A stretch of 64,000 nt of DNA, from contig CM075988.1 of the NCBI GenBank assembly GCA_038087875.1, positions 12,464,001-12,528,000 of the forward strand, in the 5' to 3' direction. The notes under the pieces are model-generated. The model ran no database searches. It was not told the origin of the DNA and saw only the letters and a program-made list of their open reading frames with translations. Below are positions 25,897 to 37,700 of the stretch, one piece after another. This DNA comes from Malacoraja senta. Its lineage: Eukaryota. Both the position numbers and the translations under genes were made by a program. Numbering within the stretch: the stretch's first letter is position 1; every line of letters begins with the position of its first letter.

Positions 25897-26245
25897 AAGG
25901 AACTGCGGATGCTGGTTTATACCAAAGATAGACACAAAAAGCTGGAGTAACTCAGTGGGTCAGGCAGCACAAAATGGCTGATTTTTGATTAATTCTCTGC
26001 ATTGGGCATTACTGTGTAAGAGAGAAGATAAGCGCTGAAGTGGTTGATGATAGGATGAATGATGTTATGGTTAACAACTTTGTCTTCAGGTGAATTAGTT
26101 CAGGTATGGTGAGGTGCGGATACCTCTACTTTCCCTCTCCCCTGAATCTCAGTCTGAAGAACGGTCTCAACAGAAACATCACCTATTCCTTTTCTCCGGA
26201 GATGCTGCCTCACCCACTGAATTACTCCAGATTTTGGTGTCTATC
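25897..26245. mobile_element. Fold-back Penelope derivative with ~150 bp of captured sequence between its arms
   Basis: Left arm 25897-25969 and right arm ~26125-26245 are inverted. The middle (25967-26115) matches 23167-23191 plus 23534-23657. Confidence 0.75.
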
Positions 26246-26850
26246 TCAACCTATACTATCAATCTAAAAATGCCTTTGCGAAAGTACTCAGCTCTTTCTC
26301 TTCTGCCATCTCCTTATGAATTGTGTGACTTAGTGCGGTATTTGTCCTACCAGAATTTATCACTTTTTCATTTTGTGCATTAATATTCATCTTCTGCGTG
26401 TCAATATCCTTTAGAAACCTATCACCAGCCTCCTCGCTGTTGACTATTATTTTAAGAGCTGTGTCATCTAAAGTTGTTGAAATTGTCACCTCTCCGTGAA
26501 ATCCAAATTACTGCTATATAGCAGGAAAAGCAATGGTCTTATCACCAACCTTCAGACTGGGGGAAAAAACATTATTTTCAGTCACAAACCCAATTTCCTA
26601 TCTACGCAGCCCAATGGCTTTTATTCAATGGGCTACAAATATTCTGACACATATTTTGCAGCCCCAATACATTCTGCTCTGTTATTTCATCAAGAAATTC
26701 ATTAGCGTGAGGTAAACGTGATCTTTCTTTCACACATTCATACTGGCTTCCATTAATTAATCCATACTCATCCCAGTTTCTGTTAAAGTTGTCCTGTAGA
26801 ATTGTACTTTAAAGCATCCTGCAAACTTAAAAAGAACAACCTTTAGCTGT

Positions 26851-27048
26851 AGTGTGGGAAGGAATGCTGGTTTACACTGAAGATGGACACAAAATGCTGG
26901 AGTGACTCACCAGGTCAGGCAGCATCTCTGGAGAAAAAGGAATAAATGACATTTTAGGTTGAGATCTTTATCAACCTGAAACGTCACCTATTCCTTTTTT
27001 CCGGAGATGCTGCCTGATCCGCAGAGTTACTCCAGCATTTCAGTCAAT
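26851..27048. mobile_element. Fold-back Penelope terminal-repeat derivative
   Basis: Inverted arms meet at aggttgagatctttatcaacct; flanked on both sides by ctttagct. Confidence 0.78.
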
Positions 27049-27084
27049 CTTTAGCTATTGTTTTTCTTCGCTCTTCTTTTGGCT

Positions 27085-27443
27085 TGGCTCAAAAAGGCTG
27101 GCAGCATCATCAAGGACCCACACCATCCTGGCCACACACTCATCTCCCTACTACCTTCAGGTAGAAGGTACAGGAGCCTGAAGACTGCAACGACCAGGTT
27201 CAGGAACAGCTACTTCCCCACAGCCATCAGGCTATTAAACCTGGCTCGGACATAACACTGAACTTTACTAGCCAATACTGTTATTTGCACTTTATCAGTA
27301 TATTGACCATTGTGTATATATTTATAGAATGCCTTGTAGTAAATGCCTACTATGTTCTGTTGTGCTCAAGCAAAGCAAGAATTTCATTGTCCTACCAGGG
27401 ACACATGACAATAAACTCACTTGACTTGACTTGACTTGACTTC
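27085..27443 (+). mobile_element. Rex1/Babar-type LINE 3' end
   Basis: KAGSIIKDPHHPGHTLISLLPSGRRYRSLKTATTRFRNSYFPTAIRLLN; AATAAA then a (CTTGA)n tail. Confidence 0.88.
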
Positions 27444-28174
27444 TTTTGAATATTTTGCAATTCATGAATTCTCCAGCTCTCTACATTCTGAAATATGAAG
27501 GTCTGGTGGAGAATATGAATATTAGTTTGGAGTTCTTACAGTTTTGGTTGGAGTTAGATGATATGGTTTGTTGGATTGTACTGTGGATGCAACCAATGGC
27601 ACAGTCTGACACGTTTGGATACTTTTTTATTGATCATGATTAATGAAGTGCCATGGAACTTTATGTAACTTCACAATTAATTCCTCACACAGTGGCTCTT
27701 CTGATTAATTTCCGGACTGTCTCCTTCCTTAATCCTCCTGGCTCTCTGAAGACACAGGATATCCCTTCTATCTCGCCATTTCCATTCACCCATCCTTTCA
27801 TTTATTTTAAAAAATCAACATTTATTAAAATATATATAAGAAGAAACAGTGCATGGCTTTCTTTATATTCACAGTGTTGTTCAGAGTGTACCTTCATTGT
27901 TTTCAGTTCTATACTTTTAAAGTGTGAGTATTTTCCACATACAGAGCATCATTTGCCATTCATGTGAACCTGTTTAATTATTACAAACCTTCTAGTGTTT
28001 GAAAGGCTTTTACACAAGCCTTGGGTCTTCTCAGAATTCTATGGAGCTCATACTATATTATATATCTTGAGCCTTATGGCTAGTCTGCGAAAGCTCCACT
28101 TTAAGCAGAGATGGACAGCGTCAAACATTATGGGGCAGCTTGTGACTGATACTTGCTGTGCAGGATGGGATTTT

Positions 28175-28470
28175 GAGTTTTAGTTCAGTCATACAGCGCG
28201 GAACCAAGCAGCGACCAGCGATCCCCGCACATTAACACTATCCTACACACACTAGGACAATTTACACATACACCAAGCCAATTAACCTACATACCTGTAC
28301 GTCTTTGGAGTGTGGGAGGAAACCGAAGATCTCGGAGAAAACCCACGCGGTCACGGGGCGAACATACAAACTCCGTGCAGACAGCACCTGTAGTCAGGAT
28401 CAAACCCGGGTCTTTGGCACTGCAAGCGCTGTATGGCAGCAACTCTACCGCTGCACCACCGTGGCCACCG
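28175..28470 (-). mobile_element. tRNA-derived SINE
   Basis: Reverse complement of the 5491 family with A and B boxes. Confidence 0.85.
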
Positions 28471-29119
28471 TGTGGATGCTGCTGTGATGCTTGAATCATT
28501 TTCATCCACTGCTTGCTGAGTTTTAGGCAGCCATCGCCAACTAAGATCCCTGCACCAGCTTTGTGCTGCTATCTAACTTAGTTTCCTTTGGGTTTAGAGA
28601 AGGTAAAATAATGAATCCCTGAAGAGTATAGGCCAGTGTGAGGATACATCAATAAAAAGAAAGACCAAATACATCAGATACATTTTATTATAAGGACATA
28701 CATATATAGAAGTGTAGAGATCTACAGTAATCAAAGAAGATGACATCTCATAGTTGAGGTCAAAGAGATACCAGATTAAATGTTAGGAGCTTTAAAACAA
28801 AGTGCAGAAGAAACCCCTGGAGTTGTAGAGCTCACTAACGTGATCAGAATTGTTTTGTTTGAATAGGAGAAAATCTTTCTGATGGCTTGTCAGTGTCCAA
28901 GGACACAGATTTTATATACTTAGTAAAAGAACCAGAAGCAAATTGAGGAAAGAAAAGTTGAAGTGGTGAGTTGTATCCTGAGTCTATCTTCTCAGAAAGG
29001 TTGGTGGAAGCACCTTCATCAGCAGCCTTAAAAAAATGTATTGGATAGATTTTCTGATTTCATGTGGATAGCTGAATGAAGAAAGGTTGTTGCAGGAATA
29101 TAACAGACTAAAAGTAACA

Positions 29120-29515
29120 TTGAAGGTAGACAAAATAATGCTGGAGAAACTCAACGGGTGAGGCAGCATCTATGGAGAGAAGGAACTGGCGACGTTTCGG
29201 GTCGAGACACTTCTTCAGACTGATGTCGGGAGGGGGGGGGGTCGGGAAAAAGAAAGGAAGTTGGCGGAGACAGTAGGACTTGTGGGAGAACTGTGAAGGT
29301 GGAGGGGAGGGAGGGAGAAAGCAAGGGCTATCTAAAATTAGATGAGTCAATGTTCATACCGCTGGGGTGCAAACTACCCGAGCAAAATATGAGGTGCTGT
29401 TCCTCCAATTTGAGCTGGGCCTCACTCTGGCAATGGAGGAGGCCCAGGACAGAAAGCTCAGAGTGAGAATGGGAGGAGGAGTTGAAGTGCTGAGCAGCCG
29501 GGTGATCAGGTTGGG
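29120..29515 (-). mobile_element. Penelope 3' fragment with a hammerhead-like core at 29191-29218
   Basis: Matches the reverse complement of 7250-7635. Minus strand core: CUGAAGAAGUGUCUCGACCCGAAACGUC. Confidence 0.85.
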
Positions 29516-30638
29516 GTAACAGAATGGCACAACTCGTGGGCTTGCTGCCTCACATTTCCAGCGATTAGGATTCAATCCTCATCATTGGTGCTGTGTGTCT
29601 GTGGACTTCACATTCTTTTCCTATAATCACGTGAGACCATATCGCAAAAATGAATCAGTAGATTAATTGTAGACACAACGAACTGCAGATGCTGGTGCTG
29701 GAGTAACTCAATGGGTCAGGCAGCATCTCTGGAAAACATGGTTAGGTGAATTTTCAGGTCAGGAGATTAATTGCCTGTATAAAAAATGACCCATTTTGCC
29801 TAGCATGGACTCAGTGGGCTGGAGGGACTTTTCCATGCTCCATAATTTATGGGAACTATTTTTCTTATTATATTCTAGTACCCCTAAAGAATATTACAAT
29901 ATTAAACCATTAAATATTTATTTTAGAAGAATTGTTCACAACAATTCATTTATTTTATCGAGAAATTTCTAAAGTTGGCAGTATTCGTTTTTAACAAAAC
30001 GAATTATGTTAATTGCTCTACTTTATCCACCTCCTGCATTGCACAAACAATCTTGTAACATTTCTGCATGTCATGCTTTAAGTCTGAGCTTACATCTGAC
30101 ACTTCCACAGATGTGACTCCTGAAGAATCAAATGCTGTTACATTATGAGGTGCAATCGGTGGTTCAATTTCCAAGGATCTTTGAAGCTTTGTATTCTCTA
30201 CAACTATGTTCATCCGTAACCCTCAGTATGCTGTGCTTCTGCTCTACATTCATCAGTCTCTTCTGTGTGTCCTCGGTTCACACAATCTTGGATTATTTTA
30301 CAGATTTTTGTTGACAGTTTCAAGGAATGTTGAGATCACGATTTATTAGTGAGCAACTTTCCTCCCCTTGTGCCTGTTACCTTTCTTCAACCGTCAAAGT
30401 TATTATTTTTGTTCCCTTCTTTAACCTTAAACGGAACTATCTCATCATTTTTCTCACTAAAACTGTCTCACAATAATGTTGTTCCTCTTTTCCATATGAA
30501 ATACTTTAATTTTTAACAACTTCCAAGACCCAAAAATGGCCTGGTATCTGGAGAAGCTGTAGTCACCTCCATTGACTGCTGTATGGGGATACAAGGTGTA
30601 CACATTTCTTGATAATATATTTATTTTCGAACCTCTAA

Positions 30639-30875
30639 AGGGCCTGTCCCACTTTCATGACCGAATTCACGACCTCTGCCGAGTTTGCCCTTGACTCATA
30701 CTCGCAGCATGGTCGTCACGAGGTCGTAGGAGGTCATAGGTAGGTCGTAGCAGGCCGTGATGCTAGTCGTAGGTACTCGTGGCATCAAGTAGGTTGTGGC
30801 GTTTTTCTAGCCTGATGAAAAATGTCCACGAGTAAAAAAGGTCGTGAATTAGGTCGTGAAAGTGGGGCAGGCCCT
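30639..30875. mobile_element. PIF/Harbinger-like MITE
   Basis: TAA|AGGGCCTGTCCCACTTTCA...TGAAAGTGGGGCAGGCCCT|TAA, a clean 3-bp TAA TSD. Reverse-complement paralog of 36607-36831. Confidence 0.9.
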
Positions 30876-31961
30876 TAACTTGTCGTAATTATTAACCAAT
30901 ACAGCAATGGGCAGCATTGTATTTTATCTTTCCATAGAACCCCAAACAGATTGTTCATCACCTCTGTTTCTATTGATTTCAAATCAAGAATTGTTGCAGT
31001 CTTCCAATCTTGAATGCTTTTTTTCTATTTATATCAGATTTTGCACAAAATGTTGAACAGCAAAGTACGAACCCAATAAATTGCAAGGGAGAAAATGAAG
31101 GTTTATCTAAAGAAAGATTGATCCTTAGTAGATGCCAATAACAATCCCCATTGGAAACTGGAAAGATGCATTGATCAGACCTTTATTCCAGTCTAATACA
31201 TAGGCTATCATTGTGCATGTCTGTCTTTTGCACACCTACATACAACTGTGTGTTTGTGAATGACAATTATTTTTTAGAAAGTAAATGATTGCGGAATTGC
31301 ATTCAGATAACCATTGCAGCAGCAGGTACAATATTAGCTTGACATGCTAGCTAAGCTAAATGGGGCAATGTTCCTGGTATTTTTTGATTCCAAGAATCAG
31401 CCCCACAGAATGTCACGGGGATAATTTAAAGGGCTAACTAAATATGACATTTCAGTTGCGAGAGGAAACTGAAGGATAAAATAACAATTGCTCAAAAGGC
31501 AGCAAAGGACACCACAGGCAGAAAAAATGCACTTCAAAGAAAATTGCCTGTAATCTTGCACATGGTTTCCATAGAAATGAAAGAGAACTATTTTGACACC
31601 TGATGCCTACATTTTTTGAAGAGATAAATTTGTTTATGCACACATTCATGAGCAGATTCTTTTTTCTCACATGCACACGCAGTCGCGCATTGTGCCTCCT
31701 ACTCCACCACTGCATGTGTGTAGGCACATGCGCCCACACTCACAGTTCTGATCATTTGTGAAGCCATTTCGGTCAATAGCAGCGATGGACTGAGTGACCT
31801 CTTTCATGTCTTCAGAACAGAGAAACCCAGCACACGTGTTTCTTTATTGTATTTTATGCGCTTCGTGACTGATCTTCAATAAACTTTAGACATGCCGGTC
31901 ACCCCTACAGTATGAGGGGGTTGTGTTCCTGGAAAATGGGTACATTGCAATTTGCCATCAT

Positions 31962-32100
31962 CTTCTTCTTCTTGCGTATGGCGTGTACAGCCTAAAGTTG
32001 TAGGTCAACTTGTTCTATTTGATTTTTTGTTTGTGCACGTCAGGTTGATTGCATTCGTCGAAACAGGGTGGACCACGTGAAGGTTGCAATCTCCCACCCC
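31962..32100 (-). mobile_element. 139-bp non-autonomous retroposon headed by an HDV-like ribozyme, with (GAA)n tail
   Basis: 12-bp TSD with one mismatch: atttgccatcat (31950-31961) and attttccatcat (32101-32112). The minus-strand 3' end is ...CGCCATACGC-AAGAAGAAGAAG. There is an internal stem-loop AAGTTG-ACCTA-CAACTT and no Pol III A/B boxes. Confidence 0.8.
32047..32100 (-). ncRNA. Minimal HDV-like (CPEB3-type) self-cleaving ribozyme, 54 nt
   Basis: Minus strand reads GGGGUGG-GA-GAUUGCA-ACC-UUCACGU-GGU-CCACCCU-GU-UUCG-A-C-GAA-UGCAAUC. P1 is 7 bp with a G1.U wobble, P2 is a perfect 7 bp, P3 is ACC/GGU, L3 is UUCACGU, and J4/2 is CGAA with the candidate catalytic C at + coordinate 32057. P4 is reduced to a UUCG loop. 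Confidence 0.85.
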
Positions 32101-33274
32101 ATTTTCCATCATGTAAAGGGAAACATTAACAGAGTCATAAAGTCATACAGGCCCTTTGCCATCAAGATCCAGCATTCTCCTTGCAGTGGAGTTCACTTTT
32201 CCATTTGTGCTTGATGTCATCTCGTTGACTAAGCAGCCAATCCAACTGAAACATTCCCTCGGACACCACATCAGGAAGTAAAATAAGTTAATAAATACAT
32301 TCACTTTTTGGTTCATTAAACATTTAAATATCCACTCATCCTCACTGGAAATTGTCAAACCTATTCCTCACACGCAGATCATGCCACATTGCTTTGCATA
32401 TTCTAAAGCTGTTGGAACAGAGTCAAAACCATTTAGCTGGTCATTGTCAGGATGTAGAACATGATAATACTCTTCACCACCGGGATTACTTCAGGACAAA
32501 GGGGAAATTGTACACCTGTTTTAATTGCCGGCACTGTTAGAGGTTGACCATGCAATTAATATTTTTAGCAACAGATTACAAAACGGTGTCAATTGAAAGT
32601 GCTGCCCAAAGATTATCAACTCCTGCTGAGAAGCGCCGTTGTCTCCAGCATTCATTATCATTTCTGTGTAGCACAATGTAATTATTTTTAGTCGAGACCT
32701 TGAAAGTTTAAGCTAAGTAATTTTTCTAACAGTGCAATCTGATGATGGTAGCTTTAGGTTAATAATGTGACACATGACTTGATTCATTTATTCACATTCA
32801 TCACTGACATTTGTATCGGGATCCCATCCTCATCGAAAAGAGTATAAAATCTTTCTGGAGGAAACATCAGTGTTACTTTCAAAAGATTAGAAATAACAGC
32901 TCGTACATCTTTAATTACTATTTGCCAGCTGAGTGATATTTATGGGTTAAGGAGAAAAAGAAAGGTGTGCCACCTTGTTTAGTAACACAAAGACAACAAT
33001 AAATTATTCATCCTTGCAAGGAAAACCTTAATAAAGGACATATGAAATATGAGGCCTGCCATCCTTCATAATGAGACTCAGTTATCAGCAGTTTTATCAT
33101 TGCTCTACCTGAAATAAAAGTATAACTGCAAGACAGAACAGGACAACTTTTGGTTTGAAACAACATTATTCTTTTGTGTTTTTATATTAAAAATCAGCTG
33201 AAATTTATTCAAGGATTGACTTGATCCTTTCAGGTGGAGTGCTGGATTGGCAGGCGAGAACTGTTTCGCCACTG

Positions 33275-33399
33275 AAGAAGGGTTTCGGCCCAAAACGTTG
33301 CCTGTTTCCTTCGCTCCATAGATGCTGCTGCACCCGCTGAGTTTCTCCAGCATTTTTGTGTACCTTCGATTTTCCAGCATCTGCAGTTCCTTCTTTAAC
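33275..33399 (+). mobile_element. 125-bp Penelope 3'-end insertion
   Basis: Perfect 15-bp TSD actgtttcgccactg at 33260-33274 and 33400-33414. Confidence 0.9.
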
Positions 33400-33621
33400 A
33401 CTGTTTCGCCACTGTTGGAAGGGGAAGGGGAGTAACATGGAAACAAGTGATAGGATTATTGGTTTCACCTGTTTCTGGGGGTGTTCAATTGTCTTTTGAT
33501 TCCCCGCAGAGCATTGTGAAATAATGACCAAATGGTTGTTGAAACAGGGCAGTTCACTTCAGGGAAGATGCACGAAGATGAGACCTAGGCAGTTGCTACC
33601 AAGAGAACAATTCATTTCTGA

Positions 33622-33960
33622 TGTGTGGGAAGGAACTGCAGATGCTGGTTTCAACTGAAGACAGACACCAAAAGCTGGAGTAACTCAGCGGGACAGGCAG
33701 CACCTCTGGCGAGAATGAATGGGTGACATTTCAGGTTGAGACCCTTCTTCAGGCTAGTCAGGGGAAAGGAAAATTAGTGATATAGACAATGATATATAGA
33801 GATAAAGAACAATGAATGAAAGTTATGCAAAAAAGTAAGGATGATAAAGGAAAGAGGCCATTGTTAGCAGTTTGTTGGGTGAAAATGAGAATCTGTTGCG
33901 ACTTGAGTGGGGGAGGGATGGAAAGAGAGGGAATGCCGGGGTTACTTGAAGTTAGAGAAC
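33622..33960 (-). mobile_element. Penelope terminal-repeat fragment
   Basis: tgtgggaaggaactgcagatgctgg...acccttcttcag plus a purine-rich tract running to ttgaagttagagaa. Confidence 0.8.
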
Positions 33961-35076
33961 TTTGTGCTCACCATTCCTCAAATGCCAAAATTAATTATGT
34001 AGCCAAATGGCAGCATCACACACTGCCATGGCTGCCATTAGTCCGGTGGTTGCTGAGGAGAAGAGCCCTGAGATGGAGTGAATAGGGATTTAAGAAATTA
34101 GATGCATATACATTTTTACGGATCTGAAAACCCAGAAGATTTACAAGGCCAGGAATACAAAGAGTTTGACAGGACCTCATGAAAGTTGTCTGCTCCTGGA
34201 ATGAAAATCTGTTTGCAATTGAGCAAGTTTCATCCTTTCATTACAGGCTGGGTGAGCTGTAGACTACACTTCAAGGGAGCTTGTTCATCAAATAAGAGAT
34301 TCATTTAATGTTAACTTAAAATCAGTGTTGGCAAAGCAGCATGTATGTGATTGGAAATTGTCAACGGGACGTTCCTGATCTGATTATTGGTGATCTATAT
34401 TACTGGTGACAATTAAAATGTGGAGAGACTCACTTGGTTTGTATTTGAAGGCTGGTGATCTTACAGACTCAGTTTGCTGATGATGCTTTTGAGGGGCAGT
34501 GAGCAGGACATCCATCAGTAGTCATTCACAAAGCTCAATCTCTAGTTGTATTGGATTCAGGTCGAGACCCTTCTTTACACTGACCTGCTGTGGTGTGATT
34601 AGAACTCTGGTGTCTGGATTGTCAAACCAGTTCTCTAGATTGTTGCTTTGGTATTTTAACCAGGATATGGTTACTTTAGAAAGACGAGCAGCGTAAGATG
34701 TTGTAAAATATCGCCAGCAGGAAGCAGTGAGTGGAAAGGCTGCTGGCTTTCACTGAGATATTACCTAAATGTGACATCTTGCATTGCAAAAAAAAATTAC
34801 AGAGTGCCAAGATCGTAAAGCATTCTTAGCAGAGGCCTGAACTTGCCTAACTCGTCAACCAGCAATGTGGATTCTGTGAGCTGCACAAGAGGAGGAAAAT
34901 ATTAAAATAACATGTGAAGTTGGAAAATGATCTTGCTTTAGGTCAGATCTTGAAGCTGCAATGGAAGAAGAATTGTCACGTTGAGGTGATAGTTCAGTGA
35001 CATTCAGCTGCTTTTTGCCTTCTGCAACTACCTTCTACTCATATTCCATGGATTCTATGCTGCTCATATAAACAAC

Positions 35077-35350
35077 TGTGGCACAGCGGTAGAATTGCTG
35101 CCTTACAGCGCCAGAGACCTGGTGCAGTCTGTCCGGAGTTTGTACGTTCTCCCTGTGACCATGTGGGTTTTCTCCGGGTACTGCATTTTTCCTCCCACTC
35201 TCCAAAGACGTATAAGTTTGTTGGCTTAATTGAGTTTGGTAAAAATTGGATAATTGTCCCTAGCGTGTAGGATAGTGCTGTTATACAGGGGTGATCGCTG
35301 GTCAGTGCGGGATTAAGGGCCCGTTTCCACACAGTATCTCTAAAGAATAA
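35077..35350 (+). mobile_element. tRNA-derived SINE with the B box deleted
   Basis: tggcacagcggtagaattgctgccttacagcgccagagacc joined directly to the SINE body. Confidence 0.8.
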
Positions 35351-35812
35351 AGTCTACATTAATGGTGCGGTGGTATTGCCAGCTTCTTGAAGTAATGCAA
35401 TAACAATCCAGAGGGCTGGACAAAATGCAGATGTCTAAATTCAAGTCTCACCATGGCAACTGTGAAATTTAATATCCTAGAATTAAACAAAAAAAAGCTA
35501 GTCTTAAAGATGTGTGGAAGAGATAGAATAGAATAGGCAACTTTGTTATAAAGAGAAATGGTCAGCCTGCAGAAATGCTACTGCACCAACAGATTGCATT
35601 GTGTCCAGCCTAACCTTGCCTTCTGGCTGAAAATGATGGCAATAATTCTACTGTATTTGGATGGGTACTGAAATAATGAATAATGTTGAAGCTGCTGACG
35701 ATAAATGTGGGAAGACCAGAATGAATATATGCCTATAGGTATCCAATCAGCTATGAAAGTGAGAGAAAGGGAGAAACATGATAGAAGATCTTGGAAAAGT
35801 TTTTTTTTTTAA

Positions 35813-36128
35813 ATCAGTCTAGTTTAGAAATACAGCATATAACCAGGGCCTTCAGCCCACTGGGTCCAAGCCGACTATCGATCACCCTTTCACACTCATT
35901 CAACATTTTTTCACCTTCCAATTCCCGACACACAAGGGGCAATTTACCAGAGGCCAAATGATCTACAGACACTTTGTGATGTGGGAGGAAACCAGAGCAC
36001 CCAGAGAAAATCCATGTGGTCACAGGGAGCATGTGCAAACTCCGTACAGACAGCACCCGAGGTCAGGATTGAACCCGGGTCTCTGGCGCTGTGACGTAGC
36101 AGCTCTATAAACTTTGCCACTGTCACCC
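35813..36128 (-). mobile_element. tRNA-derived SINE
   Basis: ggattgaacccggg is the B box complement; the (tttag) tail lies at the left end. Confidence 0.8.
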
Positions 36129-36606
36129 GTCAATTGCATGCTGAAAATCCGAAATTAAAGCAGAATTTGCTTCCAGTGACAGGCAAGGCGATTTCTGAGG
36201 CGAGAGAACCAGAATTAAGCTATTACCTCGGTAATAAACTAAACTAAAATAATCTCACCATTCCAGTTTTCCTTTGTTTTCTCTATTCTCGAATGCTTTC
36301 AATTGATCTGCATATCCTCCAGGCAGATTCTGTATTTAAATAACTTTCACCACCCTCTGTCAGCCAACACCAGCTGTGCCATTCAGTCTGCTGGGTTGCC
36401 ATTCAGTCTCATGCCTTCGCTTATGTTCTCCTGGCCCTTCCCCTTTCCGGCCTCCTTCTAACTACAGTCCATCAACCTAAAACATTGACTCTCCATTTTC
36501 TCTCTACAAATGCTTCCTGGAGTGCTGAGCATTTTCAATATTTATTAAAGAAGGACTAGGAATTCTTAACCAGTGTAGCAGTTGTGGTTCACCTGGAGAA
36601 AAGTAA

Positions 36607-36831
36607 AGGGCCTGTCCCACTTTCACGACCTAATTCACAACCTTTTTTACTCGTGGACATTTTTCATCAGGCTAGAAAAATGCCCCGACCTACTTGATGC
36701 CACGAGTACCTACGACTAGCATCACGACCTACCTACGACCTCCTACGATCTCCTACGATCTCATGACGACCATGCTGTGAGTATGAGTCAAGGGCAAACT
36801 CGGCAGACGTCGTGAAAGTGGGACAGGCCCT
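36607..36831. mobile_element. PIF/Harbinger-like MITE
   Basis: TAA|AGGGCCTGTCCCACTTTCACGAC...GTCGTGAAAGTGGGACAGGCCCT|TAA: a perfect 23-bp TIR and TAA TSD, with internal (ctacgac) subrepeats. Confidence 0.92.
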
Positions 36832-37261
36832 TAAAAAATAAATATTTCTACGTGCGCATAGGTCGATACATATGATATTGTGGGAAGGACCGTTGATGTA
36901 GAATATCTCACACATCAGAGACTTTGCTGCTTTGTTTCAATACCAGGATAGGCAGATTTTCAACAAAAGATGGAGATACTGCTTTTAGCTCGCAATCTCC
37001 CAGGTATATTAATTCCGTGCATAATTTTCTCCCTGGAAATGAGTGGAATTATCGCTGTCTGAAAATTCACCATGTCATTCAAAACTTATTTTTAAGCAGT
37101 GAAGGTTCAATGTCTGAAATGCTAACCTCCCTATTGGCCCAAAATGCTATTTTACTCCAACATGAGTCGAATGCAAGGGAAAACATTTAAGCATCCAGCT
37201 GGTCTCCTAGGGAAGAAAGGGTATCGGATTTTTGGGTCCAATAGATTAGAATATTACATTG

Positions 37262-37429
37262 TGTAGGAAGGAAATGCAGATGCTGGTACAAACCGAAGAT
37301 AGACACAAATTGCTGGAGTAACTCAGCGGGACAGGCAGCATCTCTGGAGAGAAGGAATGGGTGACGTTTCAGATCGAGATCCTTCTTCAACCTGACCCGC
37401 TGAGTTACCCCAGCATTTTGTGTCTTTCT
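37262..37429. mobile_element. Asymmetric fold-back Penelope derivative
   Basis: 16-bp TSD ttagaatattacattg at 37246-37261 and 37430-37445. Confidence 0.88.
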
Positions 37430-37532
37430 TTAGAATATTACATTGATGGTTCATAACTACTATAATAACAGTTGCATTTTGCTGCATTTATCCACGCTAA
37501 TGTGTAGTTATTACACAAGCTATGAGTTACGT

Positions 37533-37700
37533 GAGTTTAGTTCAGAGATACAGCGCGGAAACAAACCTTTCGATCCGTCTAGATGGCGATGACCACCAAT
37601 CACCCGTTCCCATTTTATCATCCATTCCAAACTTGGGGCAATTTACAGATGCCAATTAACCTACAAACCTGCACGTCTTTAATGTGTGGGAGGAAACCGG
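37533..37700 (-). mobile_element. tRNA SINE 3' half, interrupted by CR1
   Basis: gtttagttcagagatacagcgcggaaac...gccaattaacctacaaacc...gtgggaggaaaccggag. Confidence 0.7.

Noticed and set aside
30639..36831. Short repeated units (ctacgac) and dispersed identical TIRs resembling a CRISPR array
   Set aside because: No regular repeat-spacer periodicity and no cas genes; explained by MITEs in a vertebrate genome.
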